Origin: Schmidtea polychroa
Taxonomy: Eukaryota
Length of the DNA stretch: 60,274 nt
Direction: 5' to 3'
NCBI GenBank assembly: GCA_044892525.1
Contig: CM097885.1
Coordinates: 47,927,727-47,988,000 of the forward strand
This document shows, piece by piece, positions 25,717 through 40,242 of the stretch. Within the stretch, counting starts at the first letter, position 1; every line of letters begins with the position of its first letter. The notes below the pieces were generated by a model. It was not told the DNA's origin. It searched no databases and saw only the letters and a list, made by a program, of their open reading frames with translations. Position numbers and translations under genes: made by a program.

Positions 25717-26251
25717 TATCACATCTAACCCACCTTATTTAAAATATTTAGCGATTAATTAAATTTGACGCGTCTAACTAAAATTCAATTGGATTTTATA
25801 ATAATTTTGCTAAGTAAAAATCATACAATTTCCATAGCGGAAACCTAAAAATATTGACCTGGCAGGTTTCTGATTTTTATTTAAATTATTCTAATGCAAT
25901 TCAAATACTTGCTGGGACACCTTTATATACAAGCACCTCAATAATTATTAAATATTGTATTTTTATGTAGATTTCAATATAAGATTTATATTTCCAGACT
26001 AAAGTCAACAAATAGGAAAACGACTAATAATGATATAAACATTTACAAATGCAAAACAAACAACAAAGGCATCAACAAAATAATCAATTTGCCAAAAAGC
26101 CTCTAAAAATGATATGTCAACCAATCACAATCAACGCACACATTCACAAATAAACACACACACATACTAACAAATTATCTCAATAATACATAAAAATTAT
26201 AAAAATAGCTCATCAAAATAAAATTCTCGTCAATATATTTCAAGACATTAA

Positions 26252-27221
26252 TTAATCTGATTTCGTTTTCGGATTTTTAAATCCTTGAGCAACGGTAACT
26301 GCTAGTAAAGGCGATATCCAATATACTAGCAGATGACTAAGAATGTAAGAATTGTCGCATAAAATAGTCTGAGCTGATGCATTAACTGGATTCATATACA
26401 TTCCACTCCAATTCACCCCTTAAATATACCAATTATGATATAGGAAAAAATCATTTAAATATACAAACCGTAATTTATCCAAGTTAATGTAACAATCCAT
26501 TTCAAAGTAAATTTCAATTTAGACGATAACGAGCTAACATTGTTTTTATAAGAATAATAGCTATCTATGAGATTATCTGAAAACACTGCACCAAACTCAA
26601 CGAGACAACCCAAACCAACTGGAATGACAAGACTCGTACATTGGGTATTCGCAAACTTTACTTTATGAAAATAAGTCCATCCTAAGCCACACCATGACCT
26701 AGCATATAAATGTGCTAAGCACCCGCCTATTATTTGAAACAATACAGATAATAAACAATGTAACTTGCTGCTTTCACCATTGTAATATCTAATTTGTTAT
26801 ACAATAAATTAAATTTATCACAAAAACAAATTTACTTTATAACACTATTACACGGTGTACCCGCAATTGGTAAAGTGAAAATATAAGAAAATACTTGTGA
26901 TAATATAAATATAACAAATAAGAAACTAAAATCTCCAAAATTCTTTCGAATAAATCCATTTTCCATACTACATGCAACAATTGTAAAGGAAGAAATTAAC
27001 TCATAAATAAGTAGCTTCAAGTTGGAGTTTTTCTAAAAAAATATCAATGTAAATGTGAATATTGATTGATAATACTTTGCAAAATATTAATAAAAATATA
27101 TTACTTTACGCAAATATGAAATCTGGAATAATATATTACTAAAAAAGCACGTGAAAGTATAATATAAAACTGATGGTAATAAATAATTCCAAGCTAAAGT
27201 ATGTTCAGTAGTTGCTTCCAT
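26252..27221 (-). CDS. AQP12: Unorthodox (AQP11/12-like) aquaporin, 4 coding exons, 266 aa
   Basis: Exons 27221-27105, 27032-26836, 26788-26469 and 26418-26252, in frame via 72/47/50-nt GT-AG introns. Loop B is GTPC; loop E is YMNPVNASAQTILC (NPx-x8-C superaquaporin signature), followed by HLLVYWISPLL. Confidence 0.85.
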
Positions 27222-28876
27222 TACTATAAATATAATATTTAATTAATAGAAATTTAGAAATTTTCAACTAATTCGGTGTAAAATGTTATGGAAAAATTTT
27301 AAAACCATAAAATAAAATTTTGAAAAGAACGTCACAATTTGCATTACATAAGCTATTACATATAATAAAACAAGCTTTGATGATAAAGTTGTAAAATATT
27401 AATTTCTACCAAATTTTCTGACAATTACATTATTTATAACTATAAATATCACATTCTAATGAAATTCTTAAATATAAATTGGAAAATTTTTCCGACATTA
27501 AGTAAAATAAAAATAAAATTATTTTTATTACAAATAGTTATCCACTTCAATGCAATTTCTACGCGATTCATTCATTAAATAAACATTTTACCAAATACAA
27601 TAGCTACGTTAATAAAATAGATTCAATCGCATCTTATACTGTTGTAGAATTGTGGTCTCCACTACTTTCATTATCACAACTAATAGTGTGTATCAACTAT
27701 TATCCATATACAAATCGTCACAACGTATATTAAAATTAAATTCGATTGAAGTACACCCATCATAATTACTGTTAAAAATGTGTAGGTTGGATAGACCCCA
27801 AAATCAAAATTGAGTGTCCTTGGGGAAGTTGAGTTCATAGGATATTGAGCGCCCGAAGACGAATTACACAGATGACACTCCTTTTTTGTATATTCAGTAA
27901 CTTTCAAATACATAAATTTATGACTTGACTAGAGCATGAGTGCGATCGTGATAGAAGAATATAGCGAAGAGGTGGAGTACACCTGAAGGCAGTCTTGCTG
28001 ATTTCGTCTGGCGTACCCTATAAATTTCTTTTATCACACTATTGACACCTTCCACGAAAAAATAAAATTTCGATTTATTAATTTGGTGTAATTTAAATAA
28101 ATTAGTACCTACTTAATTTTTCCAAAGTGTAATACATGTACCCCTAAGGGTATGAGAGGAGTTTGAGTGGTGAAGTACAAGCTATAGTACAAGCTATAGC
28201 AGCATACTTTTTTCAATTTCAAGCATAAAAAACTTCGTCACTCTTGAGTATGTGTGCTTTTATACGTATGCGTCGCCGGGCGCTGTGATTCCGTGCATTT
28301 ACCGACTTTATGACCCAGACACACACACTATATAGTTTTATTATTACTTTTGGGAGTAGAAAAATTGAATGGGTGTAATGGACAATAAATAAGGGATAGT
28401 TCAACTACTTTTAAAATTCGAAAATTATGTAGCTAAAATCAAATTTCAAACCATGGGAAGAAAGACTCATTCTATATAGTTTAAATAATATACTAGTCAT
28501 ACATACATATTTTGGGGTAGAAAAACTGATTGTACGCGTGTGTGTGTATAATAATCAATACATAAGCGATAGTTCAATGACTTTTATTAATTGAAAATTC
28601 TGGGGCCACAAGGATAAAGACATATTCTATATAGTTCAATTAATATATAAGTCATATACACCATATAGTTTAAATAATACACACACATTCATTCTATATA
28701 ATGTCACACAATATAAATAATATTGAACTGTTACCACACAAATATTTGTTATTTTGGCTTTCGTACTATTTTTTTTAATAGGAAAGGCTTGTTAAGTGCT
28801 TTAGTAATGACCATTTATTTTGCTAATAATTATAGATAATTCATACTAAATATTTTAATCCCTAAAATTCAAAATC

Positions 28877-29280
28877 ATGGATCGCTGGTTGAAATTTGGA
28901 ACTTTTAAACGTCAAGAAAGCAGTAATTGTAGTAACAATAAAAAAACAGAAAAAATGAAATTAACAAGGGTGAACCACATTCAATTGTAAAAGAACGTGT
29001 TAAGAAAACAGCCAAGAAAATTCGCTAATACGACAAAAAATATCTTAAATTTTGATTCTCATGAACTGAATATGAAAATAAGCCTATTTCACCTTGCGTC
29101 TTTTGTTCTGAAAATCTAACAAATGAAAACATGAAACTATCAAACTTAAAGCGCCATTTAAAACAAAACAATCAATACAAAGTTAAACCAATCGATTTGT
29201 TTGAAAACAAGCTTAAGGATTTAAAGCAGTTTCAAAAGTTTGACAGATAATGATAAAAAATTCTAGAAGCTTCATATCAA
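28877..29280 (+). pseudogene. hAT (Buster/Charlie-like) transposase N-terminal fragment
   Basis: MDRWLK...YDKKYLKF...CVFCSENLTNENMKLSNLKRHL, with stops. Confidence 0.7.
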
Positions 29281-29740
29281 ATTTTAAGGAAGTAAACTTT
29301 TAGAGAGGAATAAAAATCGAAAATATAAACATAGAATTCTAAATCACATTTTTTCTCTAATAAAATATTTTCGATAACTCAACCCAACATATTCTTTTAA
29401 AACTGGAAACAAAAATTTTAACAAAAAAAGTTTGATGTGATAATTTTTTTTATTAATTTCAATTTATTTTTAATGTTTTTACTTTATCTAAAACCTGGAT
29501 TCTATCTTGAAGAAGATTCTTTATTTAAATTTTTAATTAAATCACATTTCGTAGGTTTTCGAACTTTTTGGTTTTTCTTGAATTTATTTACAATTTATTT
29601 TTAAGGGGTCTTATTTTCGCTTTCTCGATGTTGTTTTTATTTTTCTATTTTCTGTTTACCAAAAATTTTTGTATTATTTTCATTTTATTAATTCCCTAAT
29701 GTTTTTATCAATCTTTAATAATAACAAAGTAAATCATAAT

Positions 29741-30683
29741 TAGGCTTGCCAGAATTTTCAAAACTTAAATCGGGACAGTACAAAATATTTTTTTTTATAT
29801 TAAATATATTAATTTATTATGCTTATAAAAATAAACTAAATTTAATAGGAACATAAAAATTCAAATTCATTTCATTAACTTTATATAAAAATTCATTTAA
29901 GTTCTGGAGGAAGCATACTTTGCGGCAAAATTTGAATCACAAAATAACAATGAAAATAATCTATTGATACAGGCATAGGACATAAATGATTGGTAATGTT
30001 TAATGATATGATAAGCAAAACATAATTCACTTGTAATAATTTTTTCGTTCTCATCGTTTTGTGGATTCACAAAAAAAGACCTTAAATTATTACAATTGCT
30101 GGATGATCGTACAGCAGATATATGTTTTTGATGAAATATATGCTTTTTAATGTCCGAAATATCAACATGGCTTATGCTGATATAAACTTTGCAATGTAAA
30201 CAATATAATTCGGTGTTTGTTTTTCCTTTCTTTATAAACGGATACTCTTCAGTATATCTTTCCAAATACTGGTAAGATCTTTTTGGCATTTTCAAACTAT
30301 AGTTAAAGGTATGGCATAATTAATTAAATAATATCAAAAATTTTAAATTATACTTACTACGTAAAATATAAACAATTTAATTTAAATATCTGAACTGTTA
30401 ACCAAACAGTTGTGCATACATAAAGTATACACCGTACCGACACCACTTCTATGATATTAAAAATTAAAACCTTTTTTTTCATATTTCAGCAGGGTTTCAT
30501 GCAGATTTTTAAGTTTGTTTCCGTTCAAAAATTATTTGATTTTGTATTTCATAAATTTAATTTGGTTTTTTATAATAAATCTAAATTGGGACATTTGGCC
30601 GTCGCCAAGACATTTTTGGAGACACTCGAAAACATCTCTGAAAACGGGACATTCCCGATTAATCGGGACATCTGACAACGCTA
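29741..30683 (-). mobile_element. Deleted hAT (Blackjack-like) element with a transposase N-terminal ORF at 29897-30295
   Basis: TIRs TAGGCTTGCCAGA / TCTGACAACGCTA, CGGGACA subterminal motifs, ORF with CLHC...DIKKHIFHQKH. TSD not preserved. Confidence 0.7.
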
Positions 30684-30946
30684 GACTAAACTTGAATATA
30701 AATGACAAAAACAATTATTCAATAACTTTTAAATATACATAGTTTGTAATAAATAACCTTTTAGTCACAAATACAATATTTTTATTATGTTTCGAGTAAA
30801 ACTCATCCTTTTATATAATTTAGTTTAAATTAATTAATTTACTCAACTTTTAATATCTGACATTTATAATTTATCAACTTAATTTTAAATTAATATTTAA
30901 AAAGCCGTTTAAATTAATTTCTTCAATAATTTTATTTGGAATTTAA

Positions 30947-33032
30947 ATGCAAAGTATAAAAATTTTAACCAACAACATAATTCAGTGGAAAAATACTAAT
31001 AACATCAAATTCGACAGTAGTTCTGACAAAGTAGTGGAAATCCTTTTAATATTTTATGTTAATTAATTAATTGAATTTTCAGATAATCGAATGCTTCAGA
31101 TGCGTTATAAAGTGCTGGAAGGATTCTAATAAAGAATCTATTGAAGTGAATCTATTATTCAATTAAGAGAAAATTTATTTGTTTATTGAATCATTTATAG
31201 CATTCCATCGACATCAAGTGCTTAAAACACAGAGATGAAGATTATTTGAAAAACGAATTAGATATTCGCACAATAGGTTTGTTTATAATAGTTTTGGACA
31301 CTCAACTTCCAGTGTTATCATTACTAAAAGAGTGCAAAAATAGCACCATCTTTAAAAGTGTCCTGACTATAGTCAAAATTAGTATCTGCACTCAAAAATC
31401 AATACTGCACTCAATATTGCAAAATTTTGCGCAAAATTTAAAATCTTTCGTATTATATTTTATCGCTAAGGGGTGTAAGTTCACTAGGTGTAGTAGGTAG
31501 CACACTCACAGGACAGCCTTGATAATGTGCAATTAGTAAATTTTCCACTTTGAAAGTTAATAATATTGGGGTTCAAGAGGAGAGGCACAAAAATGAAGTA
31601 AAAATCGATAAAAACACCAAATTCAAAATAAAATTTAAAGTACAAAATATTAATTAAAAAACAAAAAATTTTAAAAATGAATAATTTCCGGGGGAAACTG
31701 GTATGGGCGGATGCTAAATAATGAGATGAGTTCAACTATAATAAAATAAAATCAATGGGGGGTCCCTAAAAGGAATATATTACAAAAAGCAATAATTAAT
31801 TAACTCATGGAGAACCCGAGCTAATGGGAAACCCGAGCGATTTGAGGAAACCTGAATTAGCAATCCAATTTTGGGAAGGCAATTAAATTAGCCGAATAAA
31901 ATAAAAGTGACAAGACCTACCGGGGGAAGTTAGACCCAAACTAATTTGCAAAAATAAAGTCAATTACCAAGTGGGTATAAAAACAACTGGCAAGAAAACA
32001 AAACTGCCAGTTGGTCGAAGAAAAGAAAATAGAAGTTTGACGAGAGCGAAAAAGGAAACATTAAAGTTAGTAGAAAATAAATAATTTAAAAATCGAACGT
32101 ACCAGAAAGGCACATCTGCCGTTGGAAGATCTACCTCTGCGTGAGATTTGTTGGCAAATTGAAAAGTGCAGACAAAACCTGATTGTATCAAGTGTGAGTA
32201 AACTAATAAAAATTGTAAAAGTGTAACTGCATCAGTGTTAATAAAGATTTTGTGTTGGGTCGTTTATTTATTTTGAAAAGAACACAAAGGAGTCAGACCG
32301 TAGTACCGACTTACATTAAAAACCCAACAATAACAATTTTCCTCCTATCTATATTGTATTTTTTATTTGATTTTTGCGCAATTTGCAGATTAACAAGATT
32401 TACTAGCGATTCAGGATTTTGTATGACATATTTTGATTCTGGAACTTATTTAACGAATTAATGTCAAAATATATAAATCAATCAAAATTTTTACCAAAAA
32501 GTACTAAATTCAAATTTGGAGTAATATGTGCATTGTGAGAAAATGTTGAATAAATGGTTGCGTAATCTGAATTATAAGATAATTTATAAGATAAGACAAA
32601 CCGTGCTGTTTACACATTGTGTTTATTAGTGGATTTCAAACCCCCATTGAATTGTTTTGAGATCTTGTTTATCAATTTAATGCTATTGGTGCAATGTTAC
32701 ATATATACCACTCGTCATTTACGTACTCGATTTCTTGAACTATGTAGATTCGAAGGGATTGATGAATATTAGTGAATGTACCAAGAATTTTATGTAGAAG
32801 ATGGGGGTATTTGTATGCACTGTCGTATTCGGAGAAGTCAATAAAAATTTTTCTTAAAGGTAACTTTCCAAATGAAAAGTAACCATTAAATCACATGACT
32901 TTGTACAAATTATTTAAAGAAAAACGAATGAAAATAGTTTCTCAGAATATAGAAATAATTCTAAGAATTTTTATATGTTTGATGACATCAAACTGCAGCG
33001 GCAAAAGAAGTTTTTCAAAATTAAAAATAACA

Positions 33033-33089
<57 letters not shown>

Positions 33090-35864
33090 GACGATTTAAT
33101 TATAAGATATTGATACTCGAACATTCGTTTTACGATATATTTAAAGAGTATTGTCATAGTCAAATAGGGTAGTATAAATATAGAAATTATAGATTTTATT
33201 CATAAAATTTATAATTTCTATAGTTATTCTATCCTACCAAACGATGACAGGAATACTGTAGAAATACATCGTAAAACGAATGTTCTTATAATAGTATTTG
33301 TGTTAATAATAATAATAATAATAATAAAAAATTGCAAAATGTTTATTTACATTAAACACTAGATTTAATTTATATAACAATTTATTTTAATTTTAAAACT
33401 TTTTATCTGCTGTGTTTTTATTATTTTCCAGTTAGTTTAACCCAGGGGTGGGGAACTTGCAGCCTTTGGGCCGCATGTGACCTTCCGGAGCTCCATGTGC
33501 GGTCTCCGGAGCCTTATCAAAATAAATCTTAATTTATATAAAAAACCATGAATTTTGAGGATTTACAAATAAAAATACTTGTAACTACTGAACTATATAT
33601 ATATACCGTACTGTACAAGCATCCCGCCGAGTACAAAGAACGAAATATAAAAGTCAATCATTCACACCTATAAATACAAAACGTATGTAGAAGAATAAAT
33701 AAGATTATTGAGCACTCATTTGTGAAATGATGACTTATTTGCATCAATTTTTCGATTCAGAAATAATAAACATTTTTCAAAATATTTCGTACAGCTGCAG
33801 TGGAGATTAATTATAAATATTGTTATTATAATTATAAATAAAAAAAGAATTAAAATGAAATTAATTAATGTTAAAATACTTTTTGACTGCGGTCTCATTT
33901 GGAGGCGACAAATTTCAATGTGGCCTATGGAAATAAAAAGGTTCCACACCCCTGGTTTAACCCTTTCCAGCCCAGTGATTTCAAATGGAATCATTAATTT
34001 AAAATTCAATTTTTGTCTTTCGGAATTTAAAATGTTGGGAGCAACTGATATGAATTGAAGCTAGATATATTTTTAACAGTTGGTAATGATGCACATGTAT
34101 AAAAGTTGTATTAGATGACAGAGAAACAATTGTATTTACCAGCGTACTGTCGCATAACCTATATTGTGTGTACACGGAATAAACAAAATTGGGATGGAAA
34201 GTGTTAATGTAGTTTATTTATTATATTTAGATTGCAAACTTTTTATTCGTCATTTAAATTCGATCAAATAACTAAATATTATTCGTGCATATGTAATTAT
34301 TATATTTTTTAGTAAAGATATTCATGTATTCTTACGGCCTCGAAGATCTGGAAGAAGCTTTTGAATATAGTATGATATAATTTAATATAATTTATTTGAA
34401 TTTTCATTTATGAAATTTTGGTATTTATAACAACATTTATAATAAAGCTTTTTTACTTAGCTTCGCCTTGAACAGATTCATATTCATTTTTTATTCATTA
34501 TAATTAATTTTAATCATCGTATTATTAAAAATTTATTTCAATACTTGGCTTTATAGAATATTTTAGTCACTTTGATTATCGGTTATGTTGAACAATATAA
34601 AGCAGTCCCTCACCATGAACATTACCATATACACCTGTCATTGCGAGAAGCACTCGTCTATCAAATCCAAGCCTGAGATTCTTAGTGAAAAAGTTGAAAA
34701 TTTAAAATAGCACAGTTGACCTAAAAATTGCAACCAGAATGACATATGCAAATTTCACGTCGCTACGTTTTCACTGTTTGGAAGGAGTTCTTGTGATATA
34801 CAGACAGACAGACATGTATTTTCTGTTTTATAGCATAGATTTTAATTAAAATTTAACTTAAAAAATTTATTTTTAATTTTAAATAACGTATTTCGTAGCG
34901 TTCACTACAAAATAGTCTTAGTTATATATGTGGTTGAAATTTTTTAAATAGAGCAGTAACCTTCTGATATATAATTACGGTTAATATAACAAAATATCAT
35001 AGCAAATCGATTTGGAAAATTTAATAAATTTTAACGACGAAGTTAGGTAAATTTTCATATGAATAAAAAAATTAAAGCTTAGAAATATTTAGAATTTAGA
35101 TTGTAGTCTCCTACTACTTGGGGTTGAATCTGCCATCCAAAGGTTTGATAATCTAACCAAAATGGCTCATGGTTCTTTTGAATAAATAAAAGATGATTTC
35201 AAGTCCATGACAGTTTTTAATCAGGTATTTAGAAATATGAACAAGCCACTATGTGTACCACGAAAATGTTTAGAAATTAGCAATATCGGTGGGGATATAT
35301 GATAATATACTTAGAAGAGAGAGACTTCCGTTTTTGATTGCCACGATGCCACATTATTTAAGAGCTTTTATGTATATTCCAGAGGCGGCCTGGCAGGTTT
35401 GAATGTTGATGTAAGAGAAGACATTTAACTTCCTTGGTAATTACTAAGTACAAACAAATATTTTGAAGAAGTTCAAGATTGCTACTGTATTGGATATTAT
35501 AATAATGTATGTCTCCTTCAAGAAAGTTGACATTAAAAAGTTAAGTAAACCTAAATATAAGTTATATTTTATTCTTTATTCTTTATCAATATGGTTAAAC
35601 TATATAATTTATATATAATTAAATCTCTTGATTTATATTAGGAAAATAAAATTATTTCTTTTAGTCTCCAAAAACTTCATTGATTTGGCGTTTGCGACTG
35701 TAATTTTAAATGTTCCAAAGGACAATGAAAAACATGTAGATATTTCACAATTGTTACCACTATGGAACTATTTATCCAGTAAAATTTCAGAACACAAAAT
35801 TTGGCGGCTAGGAATAGCTGATTTGAATTTAGCACAGCTTAAAGAATTTACAGAATCTGTTGTG
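30947..35864 (+). CDS. GCLM: Glutamate-cysteine ligase regulatory subunit-like gene, first five exons (3' exons not confidently located)
   Basis: Exons 30947-31030 (MQSIKILTNNIIQW), 31083-31145 (IIECF), 31201-31276, 34313-34369 (VKIFMY) and 35665-35864 (LLPLWNYLSSKISEHKIWRLGIADL), all phase-compatible. Possible sixth exon at 35911-35974. Confidence 0.65.
31564..32329 (+). mobile_element. Gypsy-type solo LTR in GCLM intron 3
   Basis: TATTGGGG (TG mutated)...CCCAACA with 4-bp TSD ATAA; close relative at 49388. Confidence 0.88.
32880..33036 (+). pseudogene. hAT dimerization-domain fragment
   Basis: QNIEIILRIFICLMTSNCSGKRSFSKLKI, followed by (TA)n. Confidence 0.7.
33100..33293. mobile_element. 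Small palindromic (foldback) MITE
   Basis: AACATTCGTTTTACGAT / ATCGTAAAACGAATGTT arms and inner TATAGAAATTATA / TATAATTTCTATA arms. Confidence 0.7.
33443..33954. mobile_element. hAT (Charlie/SPIN-like) MITE
   Basis: TIRs CAGGGGTG / CACCCCTG; perfect 8-bp TSD GTTTAACC. Confidence 0.92.
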
Positions 35865-36334
35865 GTAAATATATTTTTATAAATTTTCAAAAGAATACGA
35901 TCTAAATAAGATAAAATTAATTTTTATCACTACTATTAATAAACTAGATATTTTGAAACCCTTTATAAAATTGTGTAAGTCATACCAAATCATAATTTAG
36001 GTGACCTTGAAATTTATTATTGTTATTTTAATTTGATTATGTTAACTTTATATTTTAATAATTATTAAATATATAATATAAATTCAGATTGTTATATTAT
36101 TGTTTTAGATTATTATATTTGTGTGTGATATGCAATCGGTATGTAATGGCTAAGAAATTTGAAGGGCCCGATAGAGTCACCGATAAAAAAATGTGTTGGG
36201 ACAATCGGGGTGTAGGCTGTGTTATGTGATGTAACAACAATAAATAAAAAAACAAAATTAATATTTAACAATATTCAATTAATATCACACGTTTACTGTA
36301 CAAAACAAAAATAATACTGCTTGGATCAATTCAG

Positions 36335-36680
36335 CTTCTTAAATCAGTTTCTTGAATCAGTTTTTTTCTTAATTCTGTTTCTCGAATCAGTTTCTTAATT
36401 TAATTTCTCAATTCTGTTTCTTGAATCAGTTTCTTAATTTACTTTTCTTAATTCTGTTTCTTGAATCAGTTTCTTAATTTACTTTTCTTAATTCTGATTC
36501 TTGAATTAGTTTCTTAATTTACTTTTCTTAATTCTGTTTCTTGAATCAGTTTTTTTCTTAATTCTGTTTCTTGAATCAGTTTCTTAATTTACTTTTCTTA
36601 ATTCTGATTCTTGAATTAGTTTCTTAATTTACTTTTCTTAATTCTGTTTCTTGAATTAGTTTCTTAATTTAATTTTCTTG
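36335..36680. repeat. ~40-bp minisatellite (TTCTTAATTTACTTTTCTTAATTCTGTTTCTTGAATCAGT)
   Basis: Visible tandem units. Confidence 0.85.
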
Positions 36681-37522
36681 TCAAATTTGATTAGCGTTTG
36701 AACTTTCAATTTGTAGTTTTGAAGTAATATTTTTAATCATTCAATTACTTTCGATTTTTTTATTTAAAAAATCTGGATTTCCCAGATGGTGGCATTTTAT
36801 ATTTTAGTACTCACAATTCCTAATTGTGAACACTAAAACATTAACAAAAATAGCTGTACATTACACAGATTAAAGTTTGACATACATAAGTTAACTTGTT
36901 TATGATTTTTATTCCAAACTGATGGGTTCATTACTCAAATATTCAGTATAAATTAATAAACCTGGATACTTCTGATTACTCATATCTGTGTGCGCACACT
37001 TTTTCTTGCCTATGTGCAGAAGCGAATAGTCAAGTTTTGGAGTTTATTTATTGTTTCGATTTTGAATCGACTGTTTGCAATTTATGATTATTTTGTTTTA
37101 AAATGGAGTATTTGATCAATGTCAATTATGAATGATTATGAACGTGTTATATGGCTTCATTAGTGCTGACAATGCCAATGACAATAAGGATGTCTTTGTT
37201 CATTTTACACCATAAATATTTATATAGCAATACAATTTTATCAAGCGGTTGGGTGGATTGCAACCAGTATCTTCACTCGGCGATATTAAATTTTTTTAAT
37301 TTAAACTATTTTTTTAACTTATGATCTAGATGTTTCAATAAAAGATACATGTTATAATGATAAATTTGAACAAGTATCGCCTACAACACTGGATTTACAA
37401 AAAATTAGCATGTAACCGATAAATTAAATTCAAGTTTTTAAAAAATAATTTTTCTTTTCTCTAGGATTGAATATTTTAAAAATGAATGTATAGAAAATGT
37501 TTATATAATGTCATATTCATCG

Positions 37523-37789
<267 letters not shown>

Positions 37790-38108
37790 AATTCAAATAT
37801 ATTTTGTTCTAGTAGGCATAGAAATTTATATATTTGTTTTGTTATTGTGGGTACATAAGAAAAACATGATTTTAAGCGTCAGTGTCTACTTGTGCATTCA
37901 TAAGTTGTTATTCGATTCAAGAAATTCCTTTTGTTTGTATTTTATCAAGAAAAAATACTGTTTGTCAATTATTGCTGATTAATCTCATTTTTCTTGTGGT
38001 TATATTTACGTAAGTTTGCTTTCTCTCTTAAAATTAAGTTTTAAAATTCATTTTGAAAATTTTTTTAATCTTATTTAATTAAAATAAAGTTTTTAGTCAT
38101 CTATTGAA

Positions 38109-39951
38109 ATGAGTGATGGAAGGAAGAGATTAAGTGGTGCGAAGTATCATCAGAAGGCCAAAGAGAAATTGACAAAACAAAGAAAAATTTTTGAACAATC
38201 TGCGAAAATACAGTCGTACTTTAACATATCAGCTGCTAGTGATAAAAATATTTCAGAACTAAATTTAATAGAAAATGTACCATCCTTGTCCACAGAAAAT
38301 ACCATTATTGTACCAGTTTCATCCACAGAAAATACTGCTATTTCACAAGCTTTGTCTCTACAAAACATTATTTCCAATTCTAGTTTAAATAAAACAACTA
38401 ATGTTACTAAAATTACCACAAACTTTGAAAATACGAACATTAGTACCATAATATCTAAGGAAATGGAATATTGACGAATTCTTGATTAATTTTGTTGTAA
38501 AATTTGGTTTAAAATCCAACTAGAATATAGATTTCAGTACATCAAAAAAACTATTTGGTGACAAATATCGTTGTTTGAACGTGCAAAATTTTTCGAAAAT
38601 ATTAAAAAATGGAGAAACTCATGAACGAGATTATTTATCATATGCAGAGTCTGATAAGGCTCTATATTGCATTCCTTGCTATTTATTTCAAGATAATAGT
38701 TCTTTTCTAAAAAAGGGCGGATGCTCGGACTGGAAAAATATTTCACAATTATTAGAATCCCACAAAAATTCTTCTACGATCATGCCATAATTAAAAGAAG
38801 TAACATGAGTGGAAGTGTGGAAACTTTTTTGCTCAAAAATTTAAAAAAAAATTTAAAAAGATTATTGGAAAAATGTTTTAAATAGAGTTGTCTTTGTTAT
38901 AAAGAAGCTATGTAGCAGGGGGATTACCTCTTCGAGGACACAGTGAAAAATTTTATGACAATCACAATATAAATTTTATGATGTCACTAGAAATGATTGC
39001 AGAATATGATTCCTTTTTGAAAGAGCACATACTGTGGTTCAGGAAAACTTCATACATGTCATAAACAATATGTGATGAATTTATTAATATAATTGGAATA
39101 GAACTGAGAAATAAAATAATCAGTGATATAAAAAAAGCAAAATATTTCTCTATAATTGTTGATTCCACACATGATATTTCTCACACTGACCAATTATCAT
39201 TGATAATTCGATATGTTGATGTTGATAACGGCAAAACACTGGAACGTTTTTATAATTTTTTCGACAATGTTTTCTTAGATTTCAAGAAAAAGCTTTGACA
39301 ATTTCGGTTAGCTCTGGTTATAAACAGAAAAGAATTAAAAAAAGGAAAATGCATTTTGATGAATCCGAAAAAGATGAGATTATAACAAATAGTCCAAATG
39401 AATTATTTTAAAAGAATGTATTTGATAAAATTATATCAGTTTTGCTAAAAGAATTACAAAAACGTAAAAATTTATACAATTTTTTGAATGAAAAGTTTGG
39501 ATATCTCGAAAATATATGTTCTATTGATAGTGATGTAATTATAAAAAAAACAAAAGAATTGTACGATTTTTATGAAATGGATTTAGACCGCGAGGAACTA
39601 ATGGAAGAAATTCTTCATTTTAAACAGCTTTTATAGAAAAGTGAAATATCTGAATATGAAAGAAGCATCGCAAATCAGTACAATTTTTTATTTATAAAAA
39701 AATATAATACCGTTTTTCGAAATTTGGAAATCATCTTCAGATTTTATCTGTCACTAGCAGTAACAAATTGATCTGCTGAAAGATCCTTTTCTTGTTTAAA
39801 AAGAATAAAAAGCTATCTTCGTTCACAAATGAAAGAAACAAAATTAAATGACATTTCGATTATGCACTTCGAACACTAAGTTTTAGAGAAAATTGAGTTT
39901 GAAGAGATAATTAATATATTTGTAAATCAAAAAATTAGAAAGAAAATATAA
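38109..39951 (+). pseudogene. hAT (Tip100/ZMYM1-like) transposase fossil
   Basis: MSDGRKRLSGA, LYCIPCYLF...GCSDWKN, YFSIIVDSTHDISHTDQLS and SAERSFSCLKRIKSYLRS, with many stops. Confidence 0.85.
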
Positions 39952-40068
39952 TTAAATTAAAACCATTAAATAATACAATACTCTTTTTATTTAAATTCAA
40001 ATTACACTAGGGGTGGCACATTCTTAAATCCGTAACTGATTGCCGAAGCCTCTCACCTATTTTCTTAG

Positions 40069-40242
40069 GAATTTTGAAATTATGACTAGTGGTTCGTTTT
40101 GTTTAGGAAAATTTGAAAATCTTAAATTTAAATAACTTAGTTAAAAAAATATTTTTATAGAATTTCAGAACATGACAAAATCCGAATAATTATTGCCATG
40201 GAAAATGATGAAGATTGCTATGATTTTGGAAGATTCCTGTGA
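40069..40242 (+). pseudogene. Pseudogene paralogue of the 17683-18154 HTH gene (upstream homologous exon at 37330-37411)
   Basis: ISEHDKIRIIIAMENDEDCYDFGRFL* aligns with ISENDKIRLINAYENGENYKDFGRLLG. The homologous 40-nt intron has its donor mutated GT to TT. EQVSPTTLDLQK resembles QQVQSTSLELKK. Confidence 0.6.

Noticed and set aside
27680..27913. 77-aa hydrophobic ORF upstream of the aquaporin
   Set aside because: No recognisable motif. The aquaporin is complete without it; possibly UTR or intron sequence.
34720..34840. Helitron-like end with (CAGA)n
   Set aside because: Too short; no hairpin or matching other end confirmed.
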